A stretch of 64,000 nt of DNA, taken from NCBI GenBank assembly GCA_047634755.1, contig JBLIIL010000004.1, forward strand, positions 1,894-65,893. Direction: 5' to 3'. This document shows, piece by piece, positions 10,549 through 20,201 of the stretch. The stretch comes from Methylophilaceae bacterium (GTDB lineage Bacteria > Pseudomonadota > Gammaproteobacteria > Burkholderiales > Methylophilaceae). Each line of letters begins with the position of its first letter. Positions within the stretch are counted from its first letter, which is position 1. The translations under genes were made by a program, and so were the position numbers. The notes below the pieces were generated by a model. That model saw only the letters and a program-made list of their open reading frames with translations. It did not search any database and was not told the DNA's origin.

Positions 10549-11241
10549 CTAGTGAATAGATTGCAATATGGCTTCTAATGCTTTTTGAGGTTGCTCTGCT
10601 TGTGTAATGGGGCGGCCAATAACCAAGTAGCTCGCACCTTGCTTGAGTGCGTCTGGTGGCGTTACAATGCGAGATTGATCATCTTTGCTGGCATTGGCGG
10701 GGCGAATGCCTGGTGTGACCAGTAAAAAGTCTGGATTGATATGCTGACGCAATAGCGTAGCCTCTTGAGCAGAGCAAACAACACCGTGTAAACCAGCTGT
10801 TTGGGTGAGTGTTGCTAGTCTCAGCACTTGCTCTTGAACTGGAATTTGGATGCCAATTTCTGATAATGTTGCTTGATTCATACTGGTTAATACAGTGACT
10901 GCAATCAAATATGGATTTTCATGTGACTGATCCACCCCCTCTAATGCGGCTTGCATCATAGCACTGCCGCCACTGGCATGCACATTGAGCATCCAAATAC
11001 CTAATTCACTCGCTGTTTTACAGGCTTTTTTGACGGTGTTTGGAATATCGTGGAACTTAAGATCTAAAAACACCTTAAAGTCTTTGGCGACTAATTGTTC
11101 GACTAGTGTAGGGCCTGCTGAGGTAAACAACTCTTTACCGACTTTAAGCTTGCATTGCGTTGCGTCTAATTGGTCTACGAGAGAAAGTGCGTCTTTTGAG
11201 TTGGCGTAGTCTAATGCGACTACTATTTTAGAGTCATTCAT
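10549..11241 (-). CDS. pyrF: orotidine-5'-phosphate decarboxylase
   Basis: 230 aa with the [10 protein letters not shown] motif. It lies 2 nt downstream of lapB. Confidence 0.95.
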   Translation of the reverse strand: MNDSKIVVALDYANSKDALSLVDQLDATQCKLKVGKELFTSAGPTLVEQLVAKDFKVFLDLKFHDIPNTVKKACKTASELGIWMLNVHASGGSAMMQAALEGVDQSHENPYLIAVTVLTSMNQATLSEIGIQIPVQEQVLRLATLTQTAGLHGVVCSAQEATLLRQHINPDFLLVTPGIRPANASKDDQSRIVTPPDALKQGASYLVIGRPITQAEQPQKALEAILQSIH

Positions 11242-11243
11242 CT

Positions 11244-12446
11244 TTACTTCTTAATCGTCATTTCACGCGTAATGGCTTCGCTTGGTTCTGCTGGTAGCGA
11301 TTCCCATGCATTACAAGCAGGGCACTGCCAATGATATTGCTTGGCGCGGAAACCACACTGGTTGCAATGATAGGCCGCACGATCGCCGATGGCATTGCGT
11401 ACGGTTTGTTGCATTAATTCAATGTCTTGGTGGCTTTTGCTTTTAGCTGAACGTTCAACTAGCGCACGTGCTTGTAGTAGTTGGTCTAGTGTCCGTAAGC
11501 TAGGCTGACGAATCAACTCTTTTCTAGCCAAGGTTGCAGCACTGCCAGCACCTTCAACTGCCAATGTTGATTCATATAATGCGGACATTAAAGAGGGAAG
11601 TTTGTAATTGTCTAAATAGCTCTTTAGTAAAGCGATTCCTTCTTTTGATTTATCAAGCGCAGTATAACTTTGCAATAACTTGGGGGCGATTAACGCTAAG
11701 TATTCAGGGTCTTGAAATTCAATGCGTTTCCAATGGGAGATGGCAGCTACATGGCTGCCAGATTGCATTTCTAAATCGCCTAATAATACATTGGCGCGAA
11801 CACATTTTTTGTTAGCATCTAAGGCGTTAGCTAGATGAAAACGTACTTGATCGGGCTGTTGATCAATTATGGCATTCATCGCAAGTTCACAGTGATACTG
11901 TGCAATTTCTTTTCTAAAAGGCGTGCCTGATAAACGTTCCAACCCAGTTGCAGTCTCTACTGCTTGTAACCATTCACGCTCGCGTACATATATCTCTAAT
12001 AGCGAGAATAAGGCTGCTTGACGGTAACGTTTGCTTGTTAGCGTGGTGAATAACTCTTCTGCTCGGTCGTATAAACCTGCTTGTAAATAATCTTGCGCTA
12101 ATTCTGCTTTAACCGCATCTTTTTGATTGGGGGTGAGTTCTTTTTTATCGAGTAAGTTCAAGTGCATATTAATCGCACGACCTGTTTCACCCGTGCGGCG
12201 AAACAAACTGCCGAGTGCGAAATGCAACTCTAAAGAATCACTATTCGCATGGATAGCTTCGGAGAAGGCTTCAACCGCTTTCTTATGTTGGTCGCTAATT
12301 AAAAAGTTAAGGCCTTTGAAATAGGCGGCAGGTAATGTGGTTGATTCTGCAATCAATTGTTTGATATCAACACGTGCGGCAATCCAACCTAGTAAAAAAA
12401 ATAAGGGGAAAATTAATAGCCACCAATATTCAAATTCAATTGTCAT
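11244..12446 (-). CDS. lapB: lipopolysaccharide assembly protein B (TPR plus rubredoxin-like)
   Basis: 400 aa with an N-terminal TM helix, TPR repeats and the C-terminal motif CNQCGF..CPACNAW. Confidence 0.9.
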   Translation of the reverse strand: MTIEFEYWWLLIFPLFFLLGWIAARVDIKQLIAESTTLPAAYFKGLNFLISDQHKKAVEAFSEAIHANSDSLELHFALGSLFRRTGETGRAINMHLNLLDKKELTPNQKDAVKAELAQDYLQAGLYDRAEELFTTLTSKRYRQAALFSLLEIYVREREWLQAVETATGLERLSGTPFRKEIAQYHCELAMNAIIDQQPDQVRFHLANALDANKKCVRANVLLGDLEMQSGSHVAAISHWKRIEFQDPEYLALIAPKLLQSYTALDKSKEGIALLKSYLDNYKLPSLMSALYESTLAVEGAGSAATLARKELIRQPSLRTLDQLLQARALVERSAKSKSHQDIELMQQTVRNAIGDRAAYHCNQCGFRAKQYHWQCPACNAWESLPAEPSEAITREMTIKK

Positions 12447-12557
12447 GTCACACTCATTATTTAGGTGCTATCATTTTACCTAAGCGTTAGGTTAGGTGCT
12501 AACGATAAAGGGTGAAATAGTCAAAAAACACGATAAAAACAACATATTTTAAAAGCA

Positions 12558-12588
12558 TAAAAAAACGGCACATTAAAAAATGCACCGT
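12558..12588 (-). terminator. rho-independent terminator after ihfB
   Basis: On the minus strand, ACGGUGCAUU-UUUU-AAUGUGCCGU forms a 10-bp stem with two G-U pairs (12565-12588), followed by U7 (12558-12564). Confidence 0.7.
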
Positions 12589-12610
12589 TTTTATAGACAG
12601 TCAAAAAAGA

Positions 12611-12895
12611 CTAGTTAGCTAAATCTACACGATCACGCAGTTCTTTGCCCGCTTTAAAGTGAGGTACATTCTTCGCAGGTACTTGCACTTTACTGCCGGT
12701 TTTCGGGTTGCGGCCTAAACGAGGTGGTCGGTAGTTAAGACTGAAGCTACCGAATCCTCGAATTTCAATACGTTGTCCCGTTGCTAAGTTATCTGTCATC
12801 GCATCTAAAATCGCTTTGACTGACAATTCGGCATCTTTAACAACCAGTTGCGGAAAACATTCTGCAAGTAGGTTAATGAATTCAGATTTTGTCAT
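12611..12895 (-). CDS. ihfB: integration host factor subunit beta
   Basis: 94 aa of the HU/IHF family, with ..[26 protein letters not shown].. Confidence 0.95.
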   Translation of the reverse strand: MTKSEFINLLAECFPQLVVKDAELSVKAILDAMTDNLATGQRIEIRGFGSFSLNYRPPRLGRNPKTGSKVQVPAKNVPHFKAGKELRDRVDLAN

Positions 12896-12934
12896 GTCTA
12901 GATTATCTTTTCTAATTGACTGTTATAAAAGAGA

Positions 12935-14497
12935 CTACTTCTTATCGTCCATTTTAGCTTTCAATAGTGCACCTAAGTTGGTGTTACCTGAAGCAGCTGC
13001 AGCTTCTTCAGCAGTTTGTTTCTCTGCTTTAGTTTTCGCTTTTGCTTTTGCTTTTGGTTTTCCACCAGTCTCACTATCGCTAGCTGATGATTCGCCACCA
13101 GTTGGATCTTCAGACAATTGTTTAACACCTAGAGAAATACGCTCTTTCTCAACGTCAATTGCAAGAATAACCGCTTGTAGTTCATCACCTTTTTTGAAGG
13201 TTCTAATCGCTTCTTCACCTGTTTGTGACCATGATAAGTCAGAAAGGTGAACAAGACCATCGATATTGCCTGGTAAACCAATGAATACACCAAAGTCTGT
13301 AATTGATTTTATTTGACCTGAAACGTTATCGCCTTTAGCGTGCGTAGCAGCAAAGTCATCCCATGGATTTGGTTTACATTGCTTCATACCTAGTGATAGG
13401 CGACGACGATCTTCATCAATCTCTAGAATCATGACTTCAACTTCGTCACCTAATTGAGCAATTTTACCTGGGTGGATGTTTTTGTTTGTCCAGTCCATTT
13501 CTGAAACGTGAACAAGACCTTCAATACCTGGCTCTACTTCTACGAATGCTCCGTAGTCAGTCAAGTTAGATACTTTACCGAATAGACGTGTGCCTACTGG
13601 GTAACGACGACCTAATGATACCCAAGGGTCATCGCCTAATTGTTTAATGCCTAGTGAAACGCGGTTTTTCTCTTGATCAAATTTCAAGATTTTCGCTTCA
13701 ATTTCATCACCCACTGCTAATACTTCTGATGGATGCTTAACACGACGCCAAGCTAGATCCGTGATGTGTAGTAAACCATCGATGCCACCTAAGTCAACGA
13801 AAGCGCCGTAATCAGTGATGTTTTTAACAATACCTTTAACAGTAGCGCCTTCAACTAATGTTTCCATTAACGCTTCACGGTCAGCACTGGCTGTTACTTC
13901 CATTACCGCACGACGTGAAACAACGATGTTGTTACGCTTACGGTCAAGTTTAATAACCTTGAAATCCCACTCTTTGTTTTCGAATGGTGTTGTGTCTTTA
14001 ACTGGTCGTACATCCACTAATGAACCCGGTAAAAAAGCCATAATGCCATTAACAGAAACGCGTAAACCACCTTTAACACGGCTGCTGATATAACCTTTAA
14101 CAACACGACCTTCGTTCATCGCATCTTCTAGGTCTAACCAAGCTTCCATTTTCTTCGCTTTATCGCGAGAAAGAATAGTAGAACCAAAGCCATCTTCTAG
14201 TTTTTCAATAGCAACTTTTACAAAGTCACCAACTTCGACTTCTAATTCACCTTGAGGGTTTTTAAATTCGTTTGCGTCAATCACGCTTTCTGATTTAAGA
14301 CCTGCGTTAACAATAACGTGGTCGTTGTCGATGGTGACAACTTCAGCAGTGATGACTTCTCCTGAGCGCATTTCTTGGCGCGATAGGCTTTCTTCAAATA
14401 GGGCAGCGAAAGAATCTTCGTTTAACGGTTCTGGTGTTGCCAATGGGTTTTCTATTTCCGCTTCAGCGGCTTCGATTGTTGAGTCAGTTGTAGACAT
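12935..14497 (-). CDS. rpsA: 30S ribosomal protein S1 (five S1 domains plus a Lys/Ala-rich tail)
   Basis: 520 aa. It is collinear with E. coli S1 through domain 5 (..[36 protein letters not shown]), after which a low-complexity tail replaces domain 6. Confidence 0.95.
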   Translation of the reverse strand: MSTTDSTIEAAEAEIENPLATPEPLNEDSFAALFEESLSRQEMRSGEVITAEVVTIDNDHVIVNAGLKSESVIDANEFKNPQGELEVEVGDFVKVAIEKLEDGFGSTILSRDKAKKMEAWLDLEDAMNEGRVVKGYISSRVKGGLRVSVNGIMAFLPGSLVDVRPVKDTTPFENKEWDFKVIKLDRKRNNIVVSRRAVMEVTASADREALMETLVEGATVKGIVKNITDYGAFVDLGGIDGLLHITDLAWRRVKHPSEVLAVGDEIEAKILKFDQEKNRVSLGIKQLGDDPWVSLGRRYPVGTRLFGKVSNLTDYGAFVEVEPGIEGLVHVSEMDWTNKNIHPGKIAQLGDEVEVMILEIDEDRRRLSLGMKQCKPNPWDDFAATHAKGDNVSGQIKSITDFGVFIGLPGNIDGLVHLSDLSWSQTGEEAIRTFKKGDELQAVILAIDVEKERISLGVKQLSEDPTGGESSASDSETGGKPKAKAKAKTKAEKQTAEEAAAASGNTNLGALLKAKMDDKK

Positions 14498-14570
14498 TAA
14501 AAAAGTGTATCCAGTTTAGTCCCGCTTGATAGCAGGGGCCCACGAAATTGTGGGATTGTTTATATAAAAA

Positions 14571-14629
14571 GTTGAGATTTAAAGCTTCTGAACATTCAAG
14601 TTTATGAAGTTCAGCTTTAAAAGCTCAAC
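14571..14629 (-). terminator. long imperfect hairpin plus T5 between cmk and rpsA (terminator/attenuator or rpsA leader structure)
   Basis: Arms at 14571-14593 and 14609-14629 (GTTGAGATTTAAAGCTTCTGAAC / GTTCAGCTTTAAAAGCTCAAC) flank a 15-nt loop. On the minus strand the hairpin is followed by TTTTT. Confidence 0.5.
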
Positions 14630-14684
14630 ACGAACCGAAGATGGTACACAAAAAATCGCACCTGTTCAATGACTTAATCGTGTT

Positions 14685-15377
14685 TTATTGTTGATTGTTA
14701 TGTTTTTGTAGGGATACTTCGTATTCTTTGAGCACAAAGGCGACTGCTTCAGCGATATTGCGATTGTCGGTGTTGAGAAAAGCCGCTTCTTTGGTTTGTA
14801 GTAAAGGTGCAGAAGATCGGGAGCGATCACGTGCATCACGCTCTTTCAAATCGTGCAGAATCTTATCGAAATCTGCATCAATGCTTTGCTGTATTAATTG
14901 TTTGAAACGACGATTAGCACGCTCTTCTACATTGGCCGTTAGGAATATCTTTAGCTGTGCATCAGTAAATACAACGCTCGCCATGTCACGACCATCAGCG
15001 ACTAAACCAGGCGCTTGTCTGAAGCTGTGTTGTAGTCCTAATAAAGTAGCGCGTACTTCTGGGTGTACAGCCACCTGTGATGCGCCGTTGCTCATGGCAG
15101 GATTGCGAATGGCTTTGCTCACGTTTTGCTCATCTAGCAACACTTCACCGTTTTTAAAAGCAATGTTTAATGACGGCACCATCGTGCTAAGTGCTGCCGC
15201 ATTCGACCATGCAATATCGTTATTCTGTGCCGCTAATGCCACAATGCGATACAATGCGCCAGAATCTAAATAATGAAAACCTAAATGCTCAGCGACACGT
15301 TCTGCAACAGATCCTTTACCAGAAGCCGAAGGGCCATCGATGGCAATAACAGGGATGTTAGGAGAATTAACTGACAA
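14685..15377 (-). CDS. cmk: cytidylate kinase
   Basis: P-loop GPSASGKGS. The longest ORF starts at 15422 and overlaps aroA by 56 nt. The in-frame TTG at 15377 gives an 11-nt overlap and looks more likely, but the start remains uncertain. Confidence 0.9.
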   Translation of the reverse strand: MSVNSPNIPVIAIDGPSASGKGSVAERVAEHLGFHYLDSGALYRIVALAAQNNDIAWSNAAALSTMVPSLNIAFKNGEVLLDEQNVSKAIRNPAMSNGASQVAVHPEVRATLLGLQHSFRQAPGLVADGRDMASVVFTDAQLKIFLTANVEERANRRFKQLIQQSIDADFDKILHDLKERDARDRSRSSAPLLQTKEAAFLNTDNRNIAEAVAFVLKEYEVSLQKHNNQQ

Positions 15378-16644
15378 TGTTTGCAAATGCTTCAAAATAA
15401 GTTGGGAAAGTTTTGGCGACACAGTTAGGGTCGTTAATCGTCACTGATACGCCACCTAAGCTGACGAGTGAAAAACACATTGCCATGCGATGGTCATCAT
15501 AAGTGTCGATTTCTGCTTTTGACGTTAAAGCTTCGGGTGGTGTGATGGTGATGTAATCCTCACCCTCAATAACAGTCGCACCGACTTTGCGTAACTCAGT
15601 TGCCATCGCCGTTAAGCGATCTGTTTCCTTTACACGCCAGCTCGCAATATTACGTAGCGTCGTTGTGCCGTCTGCAAACAATGCCAAAATAGCTAAAGTC
15701 ATCGCCGCATCAGGAATATGGTTGCAATCTAAATCGATGGCTTTGATTTTCGCTGCTTTGCTCGTGGTAATGAAATTCTCACCATAAGCAATCTCACCGC
15801 CCATTAAAGCTAAGGCCTCAGCAAACTTAATATCACCTTGAATGCTGTTCGCATCCACGCCGTGAATATTTAAAGCACCACCAATTGCGCCAGCCGCTAA
15901 GAAGTAAGAAGCACTCGATGCATCACCTTCTACATACATAGTATCGAGGCTCGTATATTGACTATTCGCAGGAATGGTAAATTGTTGCCATTCGTCACGT
16001 TGTACATGCACGCCAAATTTAGCCATCAGGTTCAAGGTGATTTCGATATACGGTTTAGAAATCAACTCACCAACCACTTCAATCGTTGCTTGCTTTCCTG
16101 TCAGAGGTAAAGCCATTAATAGTGCTGTCAAAAACTGACTAGAAACATCGCCACGAATTTGAATCGGTTTGCTGACATCTAATACAGCAGAGGAAATTTG
16201 TAGCGGTGGGAAGCCATCATTGGCTAAACATTCAATATTCGCACCTGCAGAGCGCAATGCTGTGACTAAATGTCCAATCGGACGCTCATGCATACGCGGC
16301 ACACCGTGTAAGTGATAATCACCATTAGAAAAAGCCAGTGCGGCAGTCAATGGGCGAAAAGCCGTGCCTGCATTCCCTAAAAACAAATCCGCTTGTTTAT
16401 TCGGAAAGTCACCATTGCAGCCTTCAACTATGATGCCTTGTTCTGTGTGGTACACTTTTACGCCAAGTGCATCCAGTGCCTCCAACATGCGGTCAGTGTC
16501 GTCAGACGTTAATAGGCCTCTAATCTCTGTATTGCCTTTGGCTAGTGCCGCTAGTAACAACGTACGGTTAGAAATGCTTTTAGAGCCGGGGAGTTGCATG
16601 TCGCCAGTTACTTGACTGGAGGGTTTTAAATGTAGTTGTTCCAA
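15367..16644 (-). CDS. aroA: 3-phosphoshikimate 1-carboxyvinyltransferase (EPSP synthase)
   Basis: 425 aa with the N-terminal [10 protein letters not shown] motif and collinearity with the family. Confidence 0.95.
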   Translation of the reverse strand: MEQLHLKPSSQVTGDMQLPGSKSISNRTLLLAALAKGNTEIRGLLTSDDTDRMLEALDALGVKVYHTEQGIIVEGCNGDFPNKQADLFLGNAGTAFRPLTAALAFSNGDYHLHGVPRMHERPIGHLVTALRSAGANIECLANDGFPPLQISSAVLDVSKPIQIRGDVSSQFLTALLMALPLTGKQATIEVVGELISKPYIEITLNLMAKFGVHVQRDEWQQFTIPANSQYTSLDTMYVEGDASSASYFLAAGAIGGALNIHGVDANSIQGDIKFAEALALMGGEIAYGENFITTSKAAKIKAIDLDCNHIPDAAMTLAILALFADGTTTLRNIASWRVKETDRLTAMATELRKVGATVIEGEDYITITPPEALTSKAEIDTYDDHRMAMCFSLVSLGGVSVTINDPNCVAKTFPTYFEAFANIVS

Positions 16645-16662
16645 TTGTGCTATTCCAATACT

Positions 16663-17544
16663 TTATTTTTTGCTATCAGCCCAGTCATTGCGCGCCTTGC
16701 TTGCGCGCTCAAAGATGGTTTGAAGGCCATCACTATCTTCTGCGGCTAAGGTTTGCTTTAGTTTATCCAATGCCTGCTCGTATGACGTGATTTCATTGAG
16801 TAATGCTGTTCTATTGGCAAAGCTAATGTCACGCCACATCTCAGGGCTGCTGCCTGCAATACGGGTGAAATCTCTAAAGCCACTTGCAGCAAACTGAAAT
16901 AGTTCGTCCGCATTATCCCGCGCAACCATGTCTTCGACCAATGCAAAAGCCAATACATGCGGTAAATGACTCACGGTAGCAAAGATGCCGTCATGCTTTT
17001 CTGCCGTCATTTCAACCATCTGGGCGCCGCAATCTAACCAAAGCTGACGTACTTGTTGAATATCATCTGGGTTATTCTCAGGGGAGGGCGTTAACACCAC
17101 GTTTTTGCTGATGTATAAATCATCCATTGCCGCAGTAGGCCCTGATTTTTCAGCGCCTGCAATGGGGTGGCCACCGATAAACTGTTTCGCTTGTTCGCCG
17201 AGGGCTTCTTTCGCGATGGCTAGCACATCGGTTTTGGTGCTGCCTGCATCAGTAATAATAGTCTTACCATCTAAATGCGGCTTGATGCTTTGTAAAATAT
17301 TCTTAGTTTGCGCAACAGGCGCGGCAATCAGCACTATATCCGCATCGCTTAAAGCCGCTGCGATATCGGTTGTCGCTTTATCAATGATATTCAATGCAAG
17401 CGCTTGATCTAAACTTGCTTGATTGCGCCCAACCCCGACGCAAAAAGGCGCATTAGCGTTTTTTTTTAACGCTAATGCAACCGAGCCACCAATCAGGCCA
17501 ACACCAAAGATAACGAGTTTTTTCACAAAGTGGGGAGTTTCCAT
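16663..17544 (-). CDS. tyrA: prephenate/arogenate dehydrogenase
   Basis: 293 aa with a Rossmann motif (FGVGLIGGS) and a PDH domain. It lies upstream of aroA, as in many proteobacteria. Confidence 0.9.
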   Translation of the reverse strand: METPHFVKKLVIFGVGLIGGSVALALKKNANAPFCVGVGRNQASLDQALALNIIDKATTDIAAALSDADIVLIAAPVAQTKNILQSIKPHLDGKTIITDAGSTKTDVLAIAKEALGEQAKQFIGGHPIAGAEKSGPTAAMDDLYISKNVVLTPSPENNPDDIQQVRQLWLDCGAQMVEMTAEKHDGIFATVSHLPHVLAFALVEDMVARDNADELFQFAASGFRDFTRIAGSSPEMWRDISFANRTALLNEITSYEQALDKLKQTLAAEDSDGLQTIFERASKARNDWADSKK

Positions 17545-17580
17545 ATATTGATATTACTTTAAGAGTGAATTGTATCATTA

Positions 17581-17602
17581 GGGGGTGGGTTGTGTGGGTG
17601 GG
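17581..17602 (+). other. G-quadruplex-type motif (G5-T-G3-TTGTGT-G3-T-G3)
   Basis: GGGGGTGGGTTGTGTGGGTGGG is read directly in the intergenic region just upstream of tyrA. It stands out in an AT-rich genome. Confidence 0.4.
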
Positions 17603-17668
17603 CACGTTATTTTATGTAGAGTTATGTTATTTCGTGCAACTGCTCCGCCAATGTTTTTTACGTACGTC

Positions 17669-18676
17669 CTAACTAGGTAAATACCCCTTCAACTTAGCCG
17701 GAACTAATCCAAGCAAACCCCCACGACACTTATGCCAAAAAGCCGACAATAACAGTAATGCCGAACCAATCGTAAACGCCGTCACAGCAAAACTAATCCC
17801 AACATGGCCCATATCACTCAATAACGTACTAAACACATACACCACATAACCAAGTGCGGAAACCATCAGCGCACGACGGTCAATCAGTAATGAAATAACG
17901 GCAATAACAATATAAAGGACGAAAACCAAGCTGGCTTGAACTAGATTGATGTTGCCATGTAGCACACCGATGAGCTCAAATACAGGGTGAATGATGATAG
18001 GCGCTGCTAGTAAGTGTAGCCAAAAAGCAACATCGGATTTGCGGGTTTGACGTTGGGTATCTTTACTATCCCAACGCATGGCAAAGGCAAATACGGCAAG
18101 ACCAGCGATAATGGCAAGCGGCGCTAAGTAGGGGGTAATTCTTTCAACAGACATGAGTGATGCCAATACTGTTGCAACCAAGGCTATGGTGCCTGCGGCG
18201 ACGGTAATCGGAACTTTAAAGCGTAGCCAATGTAACCACGCGGCGAGTGCGGCCACAATCGAAGGGATGATTAAGAATTGCGCTACATCACTCGCTCCGC
18301 TAGCGGTGGATGTTGCTGATATGAAGCTTTTAGTGGCAACAAACAAATAGCCGACAAATGCGAGCAATAAGACGATGGAGGGGAGTGCCATGCGGCGTTT
18401 TAATACAAAGAATTCAGCTAATCCCCAAGCGGCAGTGGCTGCCAATAAGCTACCCAATTTCGCGCCACCAATCCAACTTAAGGAACTGAGTAGTAATACA
18501 CTGGCAATGACGACGAAAATGTCATTAAAGCCAGAGATGAGACGGAAGTGTTCTTCGTCCGCGACATCACTTAATGCGCTATTGGCTTCATTGGCATGGG
18601 CTTTTAGCGCATTAGCGGTGGCTTCATCTAAGATGCCAGCGCTAATGGCTGATTGAATATTGTCTTCCGAAATCAT
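17669..18676 (-). CDS. polytopic inner-membrane protein of unknown function
   Basis: 335 aa with a soluble N-terminus of about 50 aa followed by about 8-9 hydrophobic helices. Its ATG overlaps the bpt stop (ATGA at 18673-18676). Confidence 0.7.
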   Translation of the reverse strand: MISEDNIQSAISAGILDEATANALKAHANEANSALSDVADEEHFRLISGFNDIFVVIASVLLLSSLSWIGGAKLGSLLAATAAWGLAEFFVLKRRMALPSIVLLLAFVGYLFVATKSFISATSTASGASDVAQFLIIPSIVAALAAWLHWLRFKVPITVAAGTIALVATVLASLMSVERITPYLAPLAIIAGLAVFAFAMRWDSKDTQRQTRKSDVAFWLHLLAAPIIIHPVFELIGVLHGNINLVQASLVFVLYIVIAVISLLIDRRALMVSALGYVVYVFSTLLSDMGHVGISFAVTAFTIGSALLLLSAFWHKCRGGLLGLVPAKLKGYLPS

Positions 18677-19455
18677 GATGCTATTCCTTTTGTTGCGTGT
18701 TTATTTTTAATACTACTGACCCATTCATTACTAATGAATCTCTCTTGCGGGGTAAATTTTTCTTTGTAAGCCATTTTTTGGCTTTCTGCTATCCAATAAC
18801 CTAAATAGAGGTAGGGTAGGCTGCGTTGTTTTGTCCAGTTGATTAACCACATAATAGCGTAAGTGCCGTAACTGGCTTTGGCTTCAGTAGCATCGTAGAA
18901 GGTATAAACAGCTGAGTTACCATCAGCAACGGTATCAATCACGCTGACAATTTTGACTTGATCTTGCGCATCTCTAAACTCTACCATCATGCTTTTAACA
19001 TTACTTTGGCAGAGGAATTGTTTGTATTGCCCCTCTTCGCTAGTGTCCGTATTTTGATTAATGTCATCTTCAGTCTTATGTCTTAAAGCTTGATAGGCTG
19101 AATACAGTTCAAAATGCGCTTGATGAAAGCCTAGTGGCAACACGGTGGCTATTAGGTTGTTATGTTGTTTGTAAGCACGTTTTTGACTGCGTGTCGGCGT
19201 GAATAAGTCGAGTACGATACGCACCGGAACACATTTAATGCAGTTTTCGCAATGGGGGCGGTAAGTGAATTTACCGCTGCGTCTAAAGCCTTGGCTAATT
19301 AAATGGCCATAGGCCGTTGCATCGACTAAATGGTTTGGTGAAGCGATGAGGCTTTGGGCGATATTTTTGGCTATGTAGCCGCAAGCGTAGGGTGTGGTGA
19401 CATAGAATTGTAGCACTTGTAGCGGCAACTCTTTAGGTGAGCTTATGTTCTTCAA
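18673..19455 (-). CDS. bpt: arginyl-tRNA--protein transferase family (bacterial Bpt, N-degron pathway)
   Basis: 260 aa resembling the Ate/Bpt family (..YVTTPYACGY.., a CENCIKC cluster). It lies directly downstream of aat. Confidence 0.88.
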   Translation of the reverse strand: MKNISSPKELPLQVLQFYVTTPYACGYIAKNIAQSLIASPNHLVDATAYGHLISQGFRRSGKFTYRPHCENCIKCVPVRIVLDLFTPTRSQKRAYKQHNNLIATVLPLGFHQAHFELYSAYQALRHKTEDDINQNTDTSEEGQYKQFLCQSNVKSMMVEFRDAQDQVKIVSVIDTVADGNSAVYTFYDATEAKASYGTYAIMWLINWTKQRSLPYLYLGYWIAESQKMAYKEKFTPQERFISNEWVSSIKNKHATKGIAS

Positions 19456-19470
19456 TGAATGACCTTAATT

Positions 19471-20166
19471 TCATGTGCTTAAGTGTATCAACTTTGAGAG
19501 CATTTGACTAAAGTCTTTACGTGGAATCTCGCGTCCGCCAAATTGCGTCAATAGTGACGTTTTCATTTGGCAGTCAATCATGCCAACTTCTTTGGATATT
19601 AGATCATTAACGAGATTAACAAAAGCGACTTTAGAAGCATCGGTATGGATATGAAACATGCTCTCACCATAAAACATTTTGCCGATAATGACACCATAGC
19701 AACCACCAACTAATTTGCCTTCGAACCAGCTCTCACTTGAAACAGCATGCCCTAAATCATGTAATTCACAATAGGCATCTATCATATCCTGGTTAATCCA
19801 AGTGCCTGCCTGCTCAGGTCGTTTGACTTGGCTACAGGCCGTGATGACTTCATGAAAGGCGGTGTTGATTGTTAGCTCAAAAGTGTTTTTTTTAAGCGTT
19901 TTGTTGAGCGAGTTTGAGACTTTTAATTCTGCAGGAAATAACACCATGCGTGGGTTAGGGCTCCACCACATAATGGGTTCACCTTCACTAAACCATGGGA
20001 AGATACCGTGATCGTAAGCCTCCAAAAGGCGTTTGCTAGTAAAGTCGCCTTCAATGGCGATTAAGCCATTTGGCTCTTTTAGGGCTTGATCTAATGGAGG
20101 GAAGGCGTTAGTTGCTGTTAAAGCAAGTACATAACCTTCGGGTAGTTTGTAGTATTGATTCGTCAT
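19471..20166 (-). CDS. aat: leucyl/phenylalanyl-tRNA--protein transferase
   Basis: 231 aa with ..MWWSPNPRMVL.. and GESMFH motifs. Confidence 0.95.
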   Translation of the reverse strand: MTNQYYKLPEGYVLALTATNAFPPLDQALKEPNGLIAIEGDFTSKRLLEAYDHGIFPWFSEGEPIMWWSPNPRMVLFPAELKVSNSLNKTLKKNTFELTINTAFHEVITACSQVKRPEQAGTWINQDMIDAYCELHDLGHAVSSESWFEGKLVGGCYGVIIGKMFYGESMFHIHTDASKVAFVNLVNDLISKEVGMIDCQMKTSLLTQFGGREIPRKDFSQMLSKLIHLST

Positions 20167-20201
20167 TACGTTGACAGTTTACATTTTATTTTCGTTTGCG
20201 A

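Noticed and set aside
12816-13250. 144-aa plus-strand ORF overlapping ihfB and the rpsA 3' end
   Set aside because: It is antisense to two strongly supported genes, and its repeated AFAFAF stretch is simply the complement of the Lys/Ala tail of S1.
14695-15273. 192-aa plus-strand ORF
   Set aside because: It is fully antisense to cmk. Its Ser/Cys/Ala-rich composition shows no domain signature, so it is a shadow ORF.
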